NCBI GenBank assembly: GCA_946182865.1
Contig: CAMHAV010000002.1
Span: forward strand, 744-64,743
Source: an uncultured Clostridia bacterium
GTDB lineage: Bacteria > Bacillota > Clostridia > Oscillospirales > Acutalibacteraceae
Length of the DNA: 64,000 nucleotides
Reading direction: 5' to 3'
Of the stretch, positions 43,241-51,598 are shown one piece after another. The stretch's first letter is position 1. The number at the start of each line of letters is the position of its first letter. Position numbers and translations under genes: made by a program. Below the pieces are notes generated by a model that worked only from the letters and a program-made list of their open reading frames with translations, made no database searches and was not told the origin of the DNA.

Positions 43241-43801
43241 ATGAACTATCCGGCTCGTTTTTTCGGACATCTTCACACCGTCAACTCGCACCGCCGCAAA
43301 GTATTTGCGCATTGCTGCCGCGCGGGCATACCGTGGCAGGGACTGCTGCATGACCTGAGCAAATACAGCCCGACGGAATTCTGCAACGGCGTCAGATATT
43401 TTCAGGGCAACCGCAGCCCCAACGACGCGGAACGCGAGGATATCGGCTATTCCAGCGCGTGGATGCACCACAAGGGACGCAACCGCCATCATTTTGAATA
43501 TTGGGTCGATTATCACCCCGTCACCCGGACACAGGAACCGGTGAAAATGCCGGTGAAATATGTCGCGGAGATGTTCTGCGACCGCGTGGCGGCGGGCAAA
43601 ATCTACATGAAAAAGAACTACACCGATGACGCGCCGCTGCAATATTTTCTTAAGGCCAAAGGCCGCCGGATCATCCATCCCGAAACCTCCGACCTCCTTG
43701 AAAGCTGGCTCACTCTGCTGGCGGAGCAGGGGGAGGACGCGGCGTTTGCCGCCATCCGTGCGCAGCTCCGAAACGAAAAGCAGAACCGGAAACGGCGCTG
43801 A
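43241..43801 (+). CDS. conserved His-rich protein, DUF5662-like
   Basis: LLHDLSKYSPTEF...AWMHHKGRNRHHFEYW matches my recollection of the DUF5662 family. Function unknown. Confidence 0.5.
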   Translation: MNYPARFFGHLHTVNSHRRKVFAHCCRAGIPWQGLLHDLSKYSPTEFCNGVRYFQGNRSPNDAEREDIGYSSAWMHHKGRNRHHFEYWVDYHPVTRTQEPVKMPVKYVAEMFCDRVAAGKIYMKKNYTDDAPLQYFLKAKGRRIIHPETSDLLESWLTLLAEQGEDAAFAAIRAQLRNEKQNRKRR

Positions 43802-43806
43802 GTATC

Positions 43807-43834
43807 GCAGAATCATTACGCATTACGAATGAAT
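43807..43834. repeat. short heptamer tract (GCAGAAT CATTACG CATTACG AATGAAT)
   Basis: Two perfect CATTACG units at 43814-43827, starting 13 nt after a stop codon. This is the weakest member of the family. Confidence 0.5.
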
Positions 43835-43854
43835 CCAAATGAGGTGTTTTCCAT

Positions 43855-44979
43855 ATGAAAGAACAGACAGCATTTCGCCGCGAGGCGAAGATTATTGAAA
43901 CGAGCCTGATCGGTATCGGCGCCAACCTGCTGCTGGTGGGCTTCAAGACAACAGTGGGACTTCTGTCGCATTCCATCGCCATCGTGATGGACGCGGTGAA
44001 CAACCTGACCGATGCGCTTTCCTCTGTGATTACCGTCATCGGCACGCGGCTGGCCATCAAACCCGCCGACAAGGATCATCCTTACGGTCATGGGCGGTAT
44101 GAATATGTCAGCGCGGGACTGATCTCGATGATCGTCCTCTACGCGGGTTTCACCGCCCTGATCAAATCGGTCGGCAGCATATTGCATCCCGAAACGCCTG
44201 ATTATTCGGGGTTAACGCTGCTGATTGTGGCGGCGGCAGTTCTGGTGAAGATCGTGCTGGGGCTGTTCGTCAAGCGGCGGGGCAGTGAGCTGCATTCCGA
44301 CTCGCTGGTCAATTCGGGACAGGACGCACTGATGGACGCGGTGATTTCCACCTCTACTCTCGCGGCGGCGGCCGTTTACCTGCTGTTCCAAGTGAGTCTC
44401 GAGGCGTGGCTCGGCGCGGTCATTTCGGTAATCATCATCCGATCGGGCGTGGATATGTTACGTGATACCATCAGCAAGATTCTGGGGCAGCGGGTGGAAG
44501 GCGAGCTTTCACGCGAGGTCAAAGACACGGTCTGCGAGACAGAAGGCGTGGTGGGAGCGTATGACCTGATTCTCAACAGCTACGGACCCGACCGCTGGAT
44601 GGGTTCGGTACACATCGAAGTCCCTGACACCTGGACAGCCGACAAGATTGACACGGTCAGCCGCGAAATTACCGAGAGAGTCGCCCGTAAAAATCACGTC
44701 ATCATGACCGCCATCGGTATTTATTCCCAGAATTCCACCGACGATGCCGTCAAGGAAATGCGTACCCGCATCACCGAAACCGTTATGGCGGAGGAATATG
44801 TCCTGCAAATCCACGGTTTTTACTGTGATACGGAGACCAAAACGGTGCGTTTTGACGCGGTGATCGACTTCCTTGCGCCCGACAATAAGGAAGTATATCA
44901 GAACGTCTGCCAAAAAGTCACCGCGCTCTATCCCGATTACACTTTCCAGATTCTGCTCGATTCCGACTTTTCGGATTGA
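43855..44979 (+). CDS. cation diffusion facilitator family transporter
   Basis: TM2 motif HSIAIVMDAVNNLTD, six TM helices and a C-terminal cytoplasmic domain. Confidence 0.85.
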   Translation: MKEQTAFRREAKIIETSLIGIGANLLLVGFKTTVGLLSHSIAIVMDAVNNLTDALSSVITVIGTRLAIKPADKDHPYGHGRYEYVSAGLISMIVLYAGFTALIKSVGSILHPETPDYSGLTLLIVAAAVLVKIVLGLFVKRRGSELHSDSLVNSGQDALMDAVISTSTLAAAAVYLLFQVSLEAWLGAVISVIIIRSGVDMLRDTISKILGQRVEGELSREVKDTVCETEGVVGAYDLILNSYGPDRWMGSVHIEVPDTWTADKIDTVSREITERVARKNHVIMTAIGIYSQNSTDDAVKEMRTRITETVMAEEYVLQIHGFYCDTETKTVRFDAVIDFLAPDNKEVYQNVCQKVTALYPDYTFQILLDSDFSD

Positions 44980-45407
44980 ATGTTTTACACGGAAATCAAT
45001 TTAAAAAATCTGATGAACCATAAAAGCTATATCCCATCACATCACATATCGCTCACGAGCATTAGCAGACTGTCCTCACATGAAAATCAGAAATAAAAAC
45101 ACACCCCTCGACCCGATTACAAAAAAGTTACAAATACGCATGACGAAACCCATCGGGCCAATTGCGCGGACGGCGAATGCCGTGTACGCCCCCGACGCGT
45201 GCATCGAGGCAAAAGCCCGGTTGCGGGAGATAGTTTTCCCTTTTTAAAAAGCGAAAATGCGGCCATCGCTCCAGCCTCTATTGGCCTGCGCCCCGCGCCC
45301 GATGACGATGTAAGACGCACCCCCGCTAAAAAAACAACAGGGTTATTTTTTCAAACTTATAAAGCACAATCTAAAAATTGATTTCCCTGATTATTTTGTG
45401 AAACATA

Positions 45408-45436
45408 TTGCAAAGCGTGCGGCGGCATGCTATAAT
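45408..45436 (+). promoter_or_regulatory. sigma-A type promoter (TTGCAA, 17 nt, TGcTATAAT)
   Basis: Read directly, about 60 nt upstream of the ATG at 45499. Confidence 0.6.
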
Positions 45437-45498
45437 ATATCGGATTAGCGGCAGAGAAACAACATGGCCGCATCTTTTGAGAGAGGATATGAAACAAT

Positions 45499-46473
45499 AT
45501 GAACAGAAAAGGTAACATTGTCTCCTACAGACCTGACGTCAAGGTGCTTGACGCGACCATCCGTGACGGCGGACTGGTCAACAACTTCTATTTTGACGAT
45601 GATTTCGTGCGCGCCCTGTATCTCACCAACGTCAAGGCGGGCGTGGATTATATGGAATTCGGCTACAAAGCCTCCAAGGATATCTTTTCGCCCGACAAGT
45701 TCGGCAAGTGGAAGTTCTGCGACGAGGCGGACATCCGCGCCATTGTGGGCGAGAACAACACCGATCTGAAAATTTCCGTCATGGCTGACGTGGGAAGAAC
45801 CGACTTCCGCCGCGACATCATTCCCCGCTCCGAAAGCGTCATCGACATGGTGCGCGTCGCGACCTACATTAACACCATCCCCGCCGCTATTGAAATCGTG
45901 GAGTACTGCCACGAATTAGGCTACGAAACCACGGTCAATATCATGGCCATTTCCAACGCCAGCGACGTAGATATTGACGGCGCGCTGGAGCTTCTCTGCC
46001 AGAGCAGCGTGGACGGCATTTATCTGGTGGACAGCTACGGCTCCCTCTACCCCGAACAGGTGGCGCGTCTCTCGGAAAAGTACCTTTCCTACGCCGAACC
46101 GGCTGGCAAATACATCGGCATGCATGCCCACAACAACCAGCAGCTTGCTTTCGCCAACACCATCGAGGCCATGTCGCTCGGCGTAAGCTATCTCGACGCG
46201 ACGGTGTGCAGCATGGGCAGAGGCGCGGGCAACTGCGCCATGGAGCTGCTGCTCGGATTCTTCAAGAATCCCAAGTTCAACATCACGCCCGTCCTCAGCT
46301 TTATCGAAAAGCACATGCTCCCCCTGAAAGCCAGCGGTGTGGTGTGGGGCTATGACGTTCCCTATCTTCTCACGGGCCGTCTCAACCGCCACCCCTCCTC
46401 CGCCATCGAGTTTATCCGCGACGGCAAGACCGACTATGTGGATTTCTATCAGGAACTGCTGGACAGAGATTAA
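45499..46473 (+). CDS. HMGL-like aldolase catalytic (TIM-barrel) domain protein
   Basis: VLDATIRDGG near the N-terminus and HAHNNQQLAFANT metal-site motifs, typical of the pyruvate carboxyltransferase/HMGL-like fold. Confidence 0.65.
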   Translation: MNRKGNIVSYRPDVKVLDATIRDGGLVNNFYFDDDFVRALYLTNVKAGVDYMEFGYKASKDIFSPDKFGKWKFCDEADIRAIVGENNTDLKISVMADVGRTDFRRDIIPRSESVIDMVRVATYINTIPAAIEIVEYCHELGYETTVNIMAISNASDVDIDGALELLCQSSVDGIYLVDSYGSLYPEQVARLSEKYLSYAEPAGKYIGMHAHNNQQLAFANTIEAMSLGVSYLDATVCSMGRGAGNCAMELLLGFFKNPKFNITPVLSFIEKHMLPLKASGVVWGYDVPYLLTGRLNRHPSSAIEFIRDGKTDYVDFYQELLDRD

Positions 46474-47135
46474 TGGGCAACAAAATCAATTACAGTCTCG
46501 AATTTGAAAAAGAGATACGACGCTGCGAGGGGTGGCTGCCGACGCTGCTGCTGCATAGCTGCTGCGCGCCCTGCAGCAGCGCCGTGCTGGAAGTGGTAAC
46601 GCAGTATTTTGACGTGACGGTGTTTTATTTCAACCCCAACATCACGCCCGCCGAGGAATACGCCAAGCGTGTATGCGAGCTGAAACGGCTGCTGCGGGAG
46701 GCGGTCTATCCCCACCCGCCCAAGCTGCTGGAGGGGCGCTACGACAGCAGTGAATTCTTCGCCGTCGCCAAGGGGCTGGAATCCCTGCCGGAGGGCGGTG
46801 AACGCTGCGCGAAATGCTACCGTCTGCGTCTGGAAGAGACGGCGCGGGTCGCGGCGGCGGGACATTACGATTACTTCACCACCACGCTGAGCGTCAGCCC
46901 CTACAAAAACGCCGAAAAGCTCAACACCATCGGCGGTCAGCTGGCGCAGCAGTACGGCGTGAACTATCTGTATTCCGACTTTAAAAAGAAAAACGGCTAC
47001 AAACGCTCCATCGAACTGTCGGCGCAGTACGGGCTATACCGGCAGAATTACTGCGGCTGCGTGTATTCCGCGATGGAGGCGCAGCGCAAAGCAGCGGCGC
47101 GGTCATCAGACGGACAGGAGGCGGACAACGCGTGA
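46473..47135 (+). CDS. queH: epoxyqueuosine reductase QueH (DUF208)
   Basis: LLLHSCCAPCSS, CAKCYRLRLEETA and YCGCVYS cysteine motifs. Its start overlaps the previous stop (TAATG). Confidence 0.85.
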   Translation: MGNKINYSLEFEKEIRRCEGWLPTLLLHSCCAPCSSAVLEVVTQYFDVTVFYFNPNITPAEEYAKRVCELKRLLREAVYPHPPKLLEGRYDSSEFFAVAKGLESLPEGGERCAKCYRLRLEETARVAAAGHYDYFTTTLSVSPYKNAEKLNTIGGQLAQQYGVNYLYSDFKKKNGYKRSIELSAQYGLYRQNYCGCVYSAMEAQRKAAARSSDGQEADNA

Positions 47136-47476
47136 ACATTCAGATTTTCGGCAAGGCCAAGTGCTTTGACACCAAAAAGGCGGAGCGTTTCTTTAAAGAA
47201 CGCGGCGTGAAATACCAGTTCATTGACGTGGTGAAATACGGCATGAGCAAGGGCGAATACAACAGCGTCAAAAACGCGGTGGGCGGCATGCGGCAGCTCA
47301 TCGACGAGAAATCCAAGGCTTACGAGGACAACTACTGCGCCTATCTCGCGGACGAAGCGGCGGTGGAAGAAAAGCTGCTGGAACATCCCGCCATGTTTCG
47401 CACGCCTATCGTGCGCAACGGAAAAAAAGCCACCGTGGGCTACTGCCCCGACGTGTGGAAAACGTGGAATGATTAG
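47132..47476 (+). CDS. ArsC/Spx/MgsR-family thioredoxin-fold protein (YffB-like)
   Basis: MNIQIFGKAKCFDTKKAERFFKERGV is the family signature with a single N-terminal Cys. The GTG start overlaps the queH stop (GTGA). Confidence 0.75.
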   Translation: MNIQIFGKAKCFDTKKAERFFKERGVKYQFIDVVKYGMSKGEYNSVKNAVGGMRQLIDEKSKAYEDNYCAYLADEAAVEEKLLEHPAMFRTPIVRNGKKATVGYCPDVWKTWND

Positions 47477-47624
47477 CCGTTAGCCGTTAGCGATTAGCCG
47501 TTAGCCGTTAGCCGTTAGCGATTAGCCGTTAGCGATTAGCTGTTAGATGTTGGCGGTTGGCCGTTGGCGGTTAATGATTCGTGATTCGTAATTAGTGATT
47601 AATGGTTCGCCATTAATCACTAAT
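47471..47624. repeat. heptamer array, 22 in-phase units (CGTTAGC/GATTAGC type, degenerating 3')
   Basis: Chunked by hand. Units 1-11 all carry TAG at positions 4-6, and units 1-21 all carry TT at positions 3-4. The array begins inside the last codons of the ArsC-family gene (stop TAG at 47474-47476). Confidence 0.9.
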
Positions 47625-47631
47625 TTTGTTT
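47591..47631 (+). terminator. perfect 15-bp hairpin built from the last five repeat units, plus T-tract
   Basis: ATTAGTGATTAATGG (47591-47605), loop TTCG, CCATTAATCACTAAT (47610-47624), then TTTGTTTG. Confidence 0.75.
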
Positions 47632-47689
47632 GACCGAAAGGAAAAATTCTCGGCAAATCAGCAGAACTGCAAAAAAATCGAAAAAAAGA

Positions 47690-47718
47690 TTGACATATCT
47701 GCCCGATAGGTGGATAAT
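47690..47718 (+). promoter_or_regulatory. sigma-A type promoter (TTGACA, 17 nt, GATAAT)
   Basis: Read directly, about 48 nt upstream of the ilvA ATG. Confidence 0.55.
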
Positions 47719-47765
47719 ATAGTTTGACAAATTTCTATTCCATTTATTAGGAAAGGTGAATTTCC

Positions 47766-48965
47766 ATGCTTTCTCTGGATAAATTCTATCACGCCTCCTA
47801 TGTGCTGAAAAGCGTGCTGCGCCGTACCGATCTGGTCTACGCGCCCGAAATCAACCCCGAGGCGGACATCTATCTGAAGCCCGAATGCTTACAGGTCACA
47901 GGTTCTTTCAAGGTCAGAGGCGCCTATTACAAAATCGCCACCCTCTCCGACGAGGAAAAGGCCAAGGGCGTGATCGCCTGTTCGGCGGGCAACCATGCGC
48001 AGGGCGTGGCGCTGGCCGCCACCAAAAGCGGCATCAAGTCGCTCATCTGCCTGCCTGACGGCGCGCCCATCTCCAAGGTGGAAGCCACCCGCAAGCGCGG
48101 CGCGGATATCTGTCTGGTCAACGGCGTATATGACGACGCCTACCAGCGTGCGCTGGAGCTGCGCGACGAAAAGGGCTACACTTTCATTCATCCCTTTGAC
48201 GATGAACAGGTGATCTCCGGACAGGGTACCATCGGTCTGGAAATTGCCGACGCACTGCCCGACGCGGACGCGGTCATCGTCCCCATCGGCGGCGGCGGAC
48301 TCATTGCCGGCGTGGCCTTCGCCATCAAGCAGCTCAACCCCAACATCAAGGTGTACGGCGTGCAGGCGGCCGGCGCTCCCAGCATGTTCAACTCCATCCA
48401 CGACGGCCACATCGAGCGTCTCCCCAGCGTTTCCACCATTGCGGACGGCATCGCTGTCAAAGAACCGGGTTCCATCACCTTTGAAACCTGCCAGAACTAT
48501 GTGGACGACATCGTGACCGTGACCGACGACGAAATTTCCGCCGCTATCCTCGCCCTCATCGAGAAGCAGAAGATGATCGCGGAGGGCGCGGGCGCGGTAT
48601 CCGTGGCGGCCGCCATGTTCAACAAGGTGCCTGTCAAGGGCAAGAAAGTCGTGTGCATCGTTTCCGGCGGCAACATCGACGTGACCATTCTCTCCCGCGT
48701 CATCAAGCGCGGCCTGCTCATGACGGGGCGCACCTGCTCCCTCACGCTGGAGCTCATCGACAAGCCCGGTCAGCTGCAGGGCGTGGCGAATATCATCGCG
48801 GGACTCGGCGGTAACGTCATCTCCATCCATCACGAGCGTGCCAACGAGGGCGCCGACGTCAACGGCTGCTATCTCCGGCTGCTGCTCGAAACCAAAAATT
48901 ACGAACACATCGAGGAAATCCGGAACGCCCTTACCCAGAACGAATTTAAAATTGTCAATAACTGA
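47766..48965 (+). CDS. ilvA: threonine ammonia-lyase (short form with one ACT-like domain)
   Basis: PLP-lysine motif GSFKVRGA, SAGNHAQGVA and the glycine loop PIGGGGL. Confidence 0.9.
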   Translation: MLSLDKFYHASYVLKSVLRRTDLVYAPEINPEADIYLKPECLQVTGSFKVRGAYYKIATLSDEEKAKGVIACSAGNHAQGVALAATKSGIKSLICLPDGAPISKVEATRKRGADICLVNGVYDDAYQRALELRDEKGYTFIHPFDDEQVISGQGTIGLEIADALPDADAVIVPIGGGGLIAGVAFAIKQLNPNIKVYGVQAAGAPSMFNSIHDGHIERLPSVSTIADGIAVKEPGSITFETCQNYVDDIVTVTDDEISAAILALIEKQKMIAEGAGAVSVAAAMFNKVPVKGKKVVCIVSGGNIDVTILSRVIKRGLLMTGRTCSLTLELIDKPGQLQGVANIIAGLGGNVISIHHERANEGADVNGCYLRLLLETKNYEHIEEIRNALTQNEFKIVNN

Positions 48966-49001
48966 GTCACTGACATTCCATATTATCGGAGGTAATCCAA
49001 C

Positions 49002-49379
49002 ATGATTAAAACCATCTACACCAAGAACGCACCCGACGCCATCGGCCCCTATTCGCAGGCGAAAATCGCCGGCGGCTTCCTCTTTGCTTCGGGACAGATC
49101 GCCATCAATCCCGCCACCGGCGCGGTGGAGGCCGACACCATCGAGGGACAGACCGAGCAGATCATGAAGAATATCGGCGCCATCCTCGAAGAAGCGGGTC
49201 TTTCGTTTGACAACGTGGTCAAGACCACCTGTTTCCTCAAGAATATGTCCGATTTCGGCACTTTCAACGAGATCTACGGCAACTACTTCACCGGCAAGCC
49301 GGCCCGTTCCTGCGTGGCGGCGGCACAGCTTCCCAAGGATGTTCTCGCGGAAGTGGAGATCATCGCGGTCTGCGAGTAA
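49002..49379 (+). CDS. ridA: RidA-family reactive enamine/imine deaminase
   Basis: 125 aa with PDAIGPYSQA...ASGQI...EIE, typical of YjgF/RidA, downstream of ilvA. Confidence 0.85.
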   Translation: MIKTIYTKNAPDAIGPYSQAKIAGGFLFASGQIAINPATGAVEADTIEGQTEQIMKNIGAILEEAGLSFDNVVKTTCFLKNMSDFGTFNEIYGNYFTGKPARSCVAAAQLPKDVLAEVEIIAVCE

Positions 49380-49390
49380 TCTGACATCCA

Positions 49391-50050
49391 ATGAAATACC
49401 AGGCTGTTATTTTCGATCTGGACGGCACCATTCTCAACACCCTCGACGATCTGGCGGACAGCGCCAATCATGTGCTGGCCGCAAAGGGATTTCCAGTGCA
49501 TCCCACCGATCGCTACAAAACCTTTGTGGGCAACGGCATCCCTAAGCTGATCGAACGGATGCTGCCGTCCGGCACGCCGGAGCAGGTCATCGCGGATACC
49601 CTCGCGGATTTTCAGGCGTATTACGATCTGCACAAAAACGACAAGACCGCCCCTTATCCCGGCATTTCCGAACTGCTCAAAGCATTAAAGGCGCGCGGCG
49701 TGAAACTCTGCGTCCTCTCCAACAAGCAGCACGATCTCAGCGTCGCCATTGTCCGACACCACTTCGGAGCCGACGCCTTTGATCTCATTCAGGGACAGTC
49801 CGACCGCTTCCCCACCAAACCCGACCCCGCCTCCTGCCTTTTTATCATGGAGCAGCTTGGCATTCCCGCGCAGCGCATCTTGTATGTGGGCGACAGCAAC
49901 GTGGATATGCAGACCGCCCGCAACGCGGGTCTGACCGCCTGCGGCGTGAGCTGGGGCTTTCGCTCGGTGGAGGAACTGACGCAGGCGGGCGCCGATCATA
50001 TCGCAGCACAGCCCTCAGAAATACTTTCGTTGATGGAAGGTGAAGCCTGA
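49391..50050 (+). CDS. HAD-superfamily phosphatase (phosphoglycolate phosphatase-like)
   Basis: Motif I IFDLDGT, motif II LSNK and motif IV GDSNVD. Confidence 0.8.
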   Translation: MKYQAVIFDLDGTILNTLDDLADSANHVLAAKGFPVHPTDRYKTFVGNGIPKLIERMLPSGTPEQVIADTLADFQAYYDLHKNDKTAPYPGISELLKALKARGVKLCVLSNKQHDLSVAIVRHHFGADAFDLIQGQSDRFPTKPDPASCLFIMEQLGIPAQRILYVGDSNVDMQTARNAGLTACGVSWGFRSVEELTQAGADHIAAQPSEILSLMEGEA

Positions 50051-51534
50051 TGAACCTTTCTTTTCTGCGCGTAACACGCAGCGCTGCGGCGTGCCTTCTG
50101 GCCATTGCCCTGCTGCTGTCGGTATCCTGCGGCTCCCGTAAAGTAACCATCACGCCGTATCAATTTACCTACCAGCCCGCGTTGGTTCCCAATCCCATGA
50201 AGGGCTTTGCCTCGTTTTATCGGGAAAAGGACGAAAAAATTCCGACCGACAGCTCACTCGAATATGTCGGTCTGAAATTCAGCGAAATCTGCACATGGGA
50301 AAACGGCAAGAGTTACGTGAATCCCGAAGCGCTTGACCCAACACTGGAGAAAATCGCCAATCGTGGACACAACGCCATTCTGCGCGTCTATATGCTCTAT
50401 CCCGGCTACAACACCGAGGACTGCACGGGGCTTTTTCTGCCGGAAGCGCTGTATGAGGCAGTCAAGAGCGAAGGCGGCATATATGTGGGCCAATACCAAG
50501 GCAGCCGTCTGGAATATCCAAACTTCAACAATGAAACCCTTTTGACAGCCATGATCGATTTTATTCACGCCTTCGGCAAGCAATACGACGGCAATCCTGT
50601 CATTGCCACGGTACAGATGGGACTCTACGGCTCATGGGGCGAATGGAACATGGCAGGCTGTCAAAGCGGCAAATGCGTGATGACAGACGACAACCTCAAC
50701 CGCCTCATCGAAGCCTACACCGCCGCTTTTCACCGCACCAAGCTGATGGCACGCAATCCCTCTCTCGGCAGGGCTTACGACTATGCCATCGGTTTTCACG
50801 ATGATAATTTTATGTTCAATTCCTCCGATTTCCACAAGCAAAACGCAGAGTGGAAGGCGCTTCTCAAAAAGCAGCATTGGACTTACGGCACCCTTCAGCA
50901 GTTCTATGACTTCATGGACGGCAACAACGGTCAATACGACCCCATCTGGGATAAATGGGAAACCCAGATGTTCGGCGGCGAACTGTCGGGACAGATGTAT
51001 CAGCCTCCTTTCGGTCCGCTTTGGAGCGGCACCGAAAACGAGGCGCTGCTGTACTGCATTGGGCAATTTCATGTCTCATGGATCATGGGAGTAGGTACAG
51101 ATGGCATTCCCGCAACGGACAGCGCCGAATACCAAGACTATCTGGAAACAGCCGGTCATTTCGGTTACGACATCGGACTGGTATCAGCCAAAGCCAAAGA
51201 CCGATTCGGCAAGATCACCGTTACTCTTACCAATTACGGTGTAGCGCCCTTCTATTACGACTGGCCGATCGAGTATTGGCTCACAGACAAGGACGGCGTT
51301 ATCGTCTTTACCTACCGCGACGATGAATTCCGCCTGTCCAAGCTGCTGCCCGATACCACCGCGCAAAGTGAAATGCTTCTTCCTGAAGACCTCAAGGCGG
51401 GTGAATACATCGCCTGTCTGCGCTTCGTCAATTCATCTGAAAGCGTTTCCAAAAAAGTGATGCCGCTCCGGCTTGCCAACGATCACGCTGTCCGCGACGG
51501 TGTTTATGAAATCGCCCACATCACCATCGAATAA
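50050..51534 (+). CDS. lipoprotein with glycoside-hydrolase-like domain (DUF4832-like)
   Basis: Lipobox LSVSCGS. GLYGSWGEWN is a motif I associate with DUF4832. Its start overlaps the previous stop (TGATG). Confidence 0.5.
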   Translation: MNLSFLRVTRSAAACLLAIALLLSVSCGSRKVTITPYQFTYQPALVPNPMKGFASFYREKDEKIPTDSSLEYVGLKFSEICTWENGKSYVNPEALDPTLEKIANRGHNAILRVYMLYPGYNTEDCTGLFLPEALYEAVKSEGGIYVGQYQGSRLEYPNFNNETLLTAMIDFIHAFGKQYDGNPVIATVQMGLYGSWGEWNMAGCQSGKCVMTDDNLNRLIEAYTAAFHRTKLMARNPSLGRAYDYAIGFHDDNFMFNSSDFHKQNAEWKALLKKQHWTYGTLQQFYDFMDGNNGQYDPIWDKWETQMFGGELSGQMYQPPFGPLWSGTENEALLYCIGQFHVSWIMGVGTDGIPATDSAEYQDYLETAGHFGYDIGLVSAKAKDRFGKITVTLTNYGVAPFYYDWPIEYWLTDKDGVIVFTYRDDEFRLSKLLPDTTAQSEMLLPEDLKAGEYIACLRFVNSSESVSKKVMPLRLANDHAVRDGVYEIAHITIE

Positions 51535-51546
51535 GATTGCATATGG

Positions 51547-51586
51547 AAAAGGCTTGCCCGAAACAGCATTCGGACAAGCCTTTTTG
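51547..51586. terminator. bidirectional hairpin between convergent genes
   Basis: GGCTTGCCCGAA pairs with TTCGGACAAGCC (one mismatch), flanked by AAAA before and TTTTT after. Confidence 0.65.
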
Positions 51587-51598
51587 TATGATTCACTG

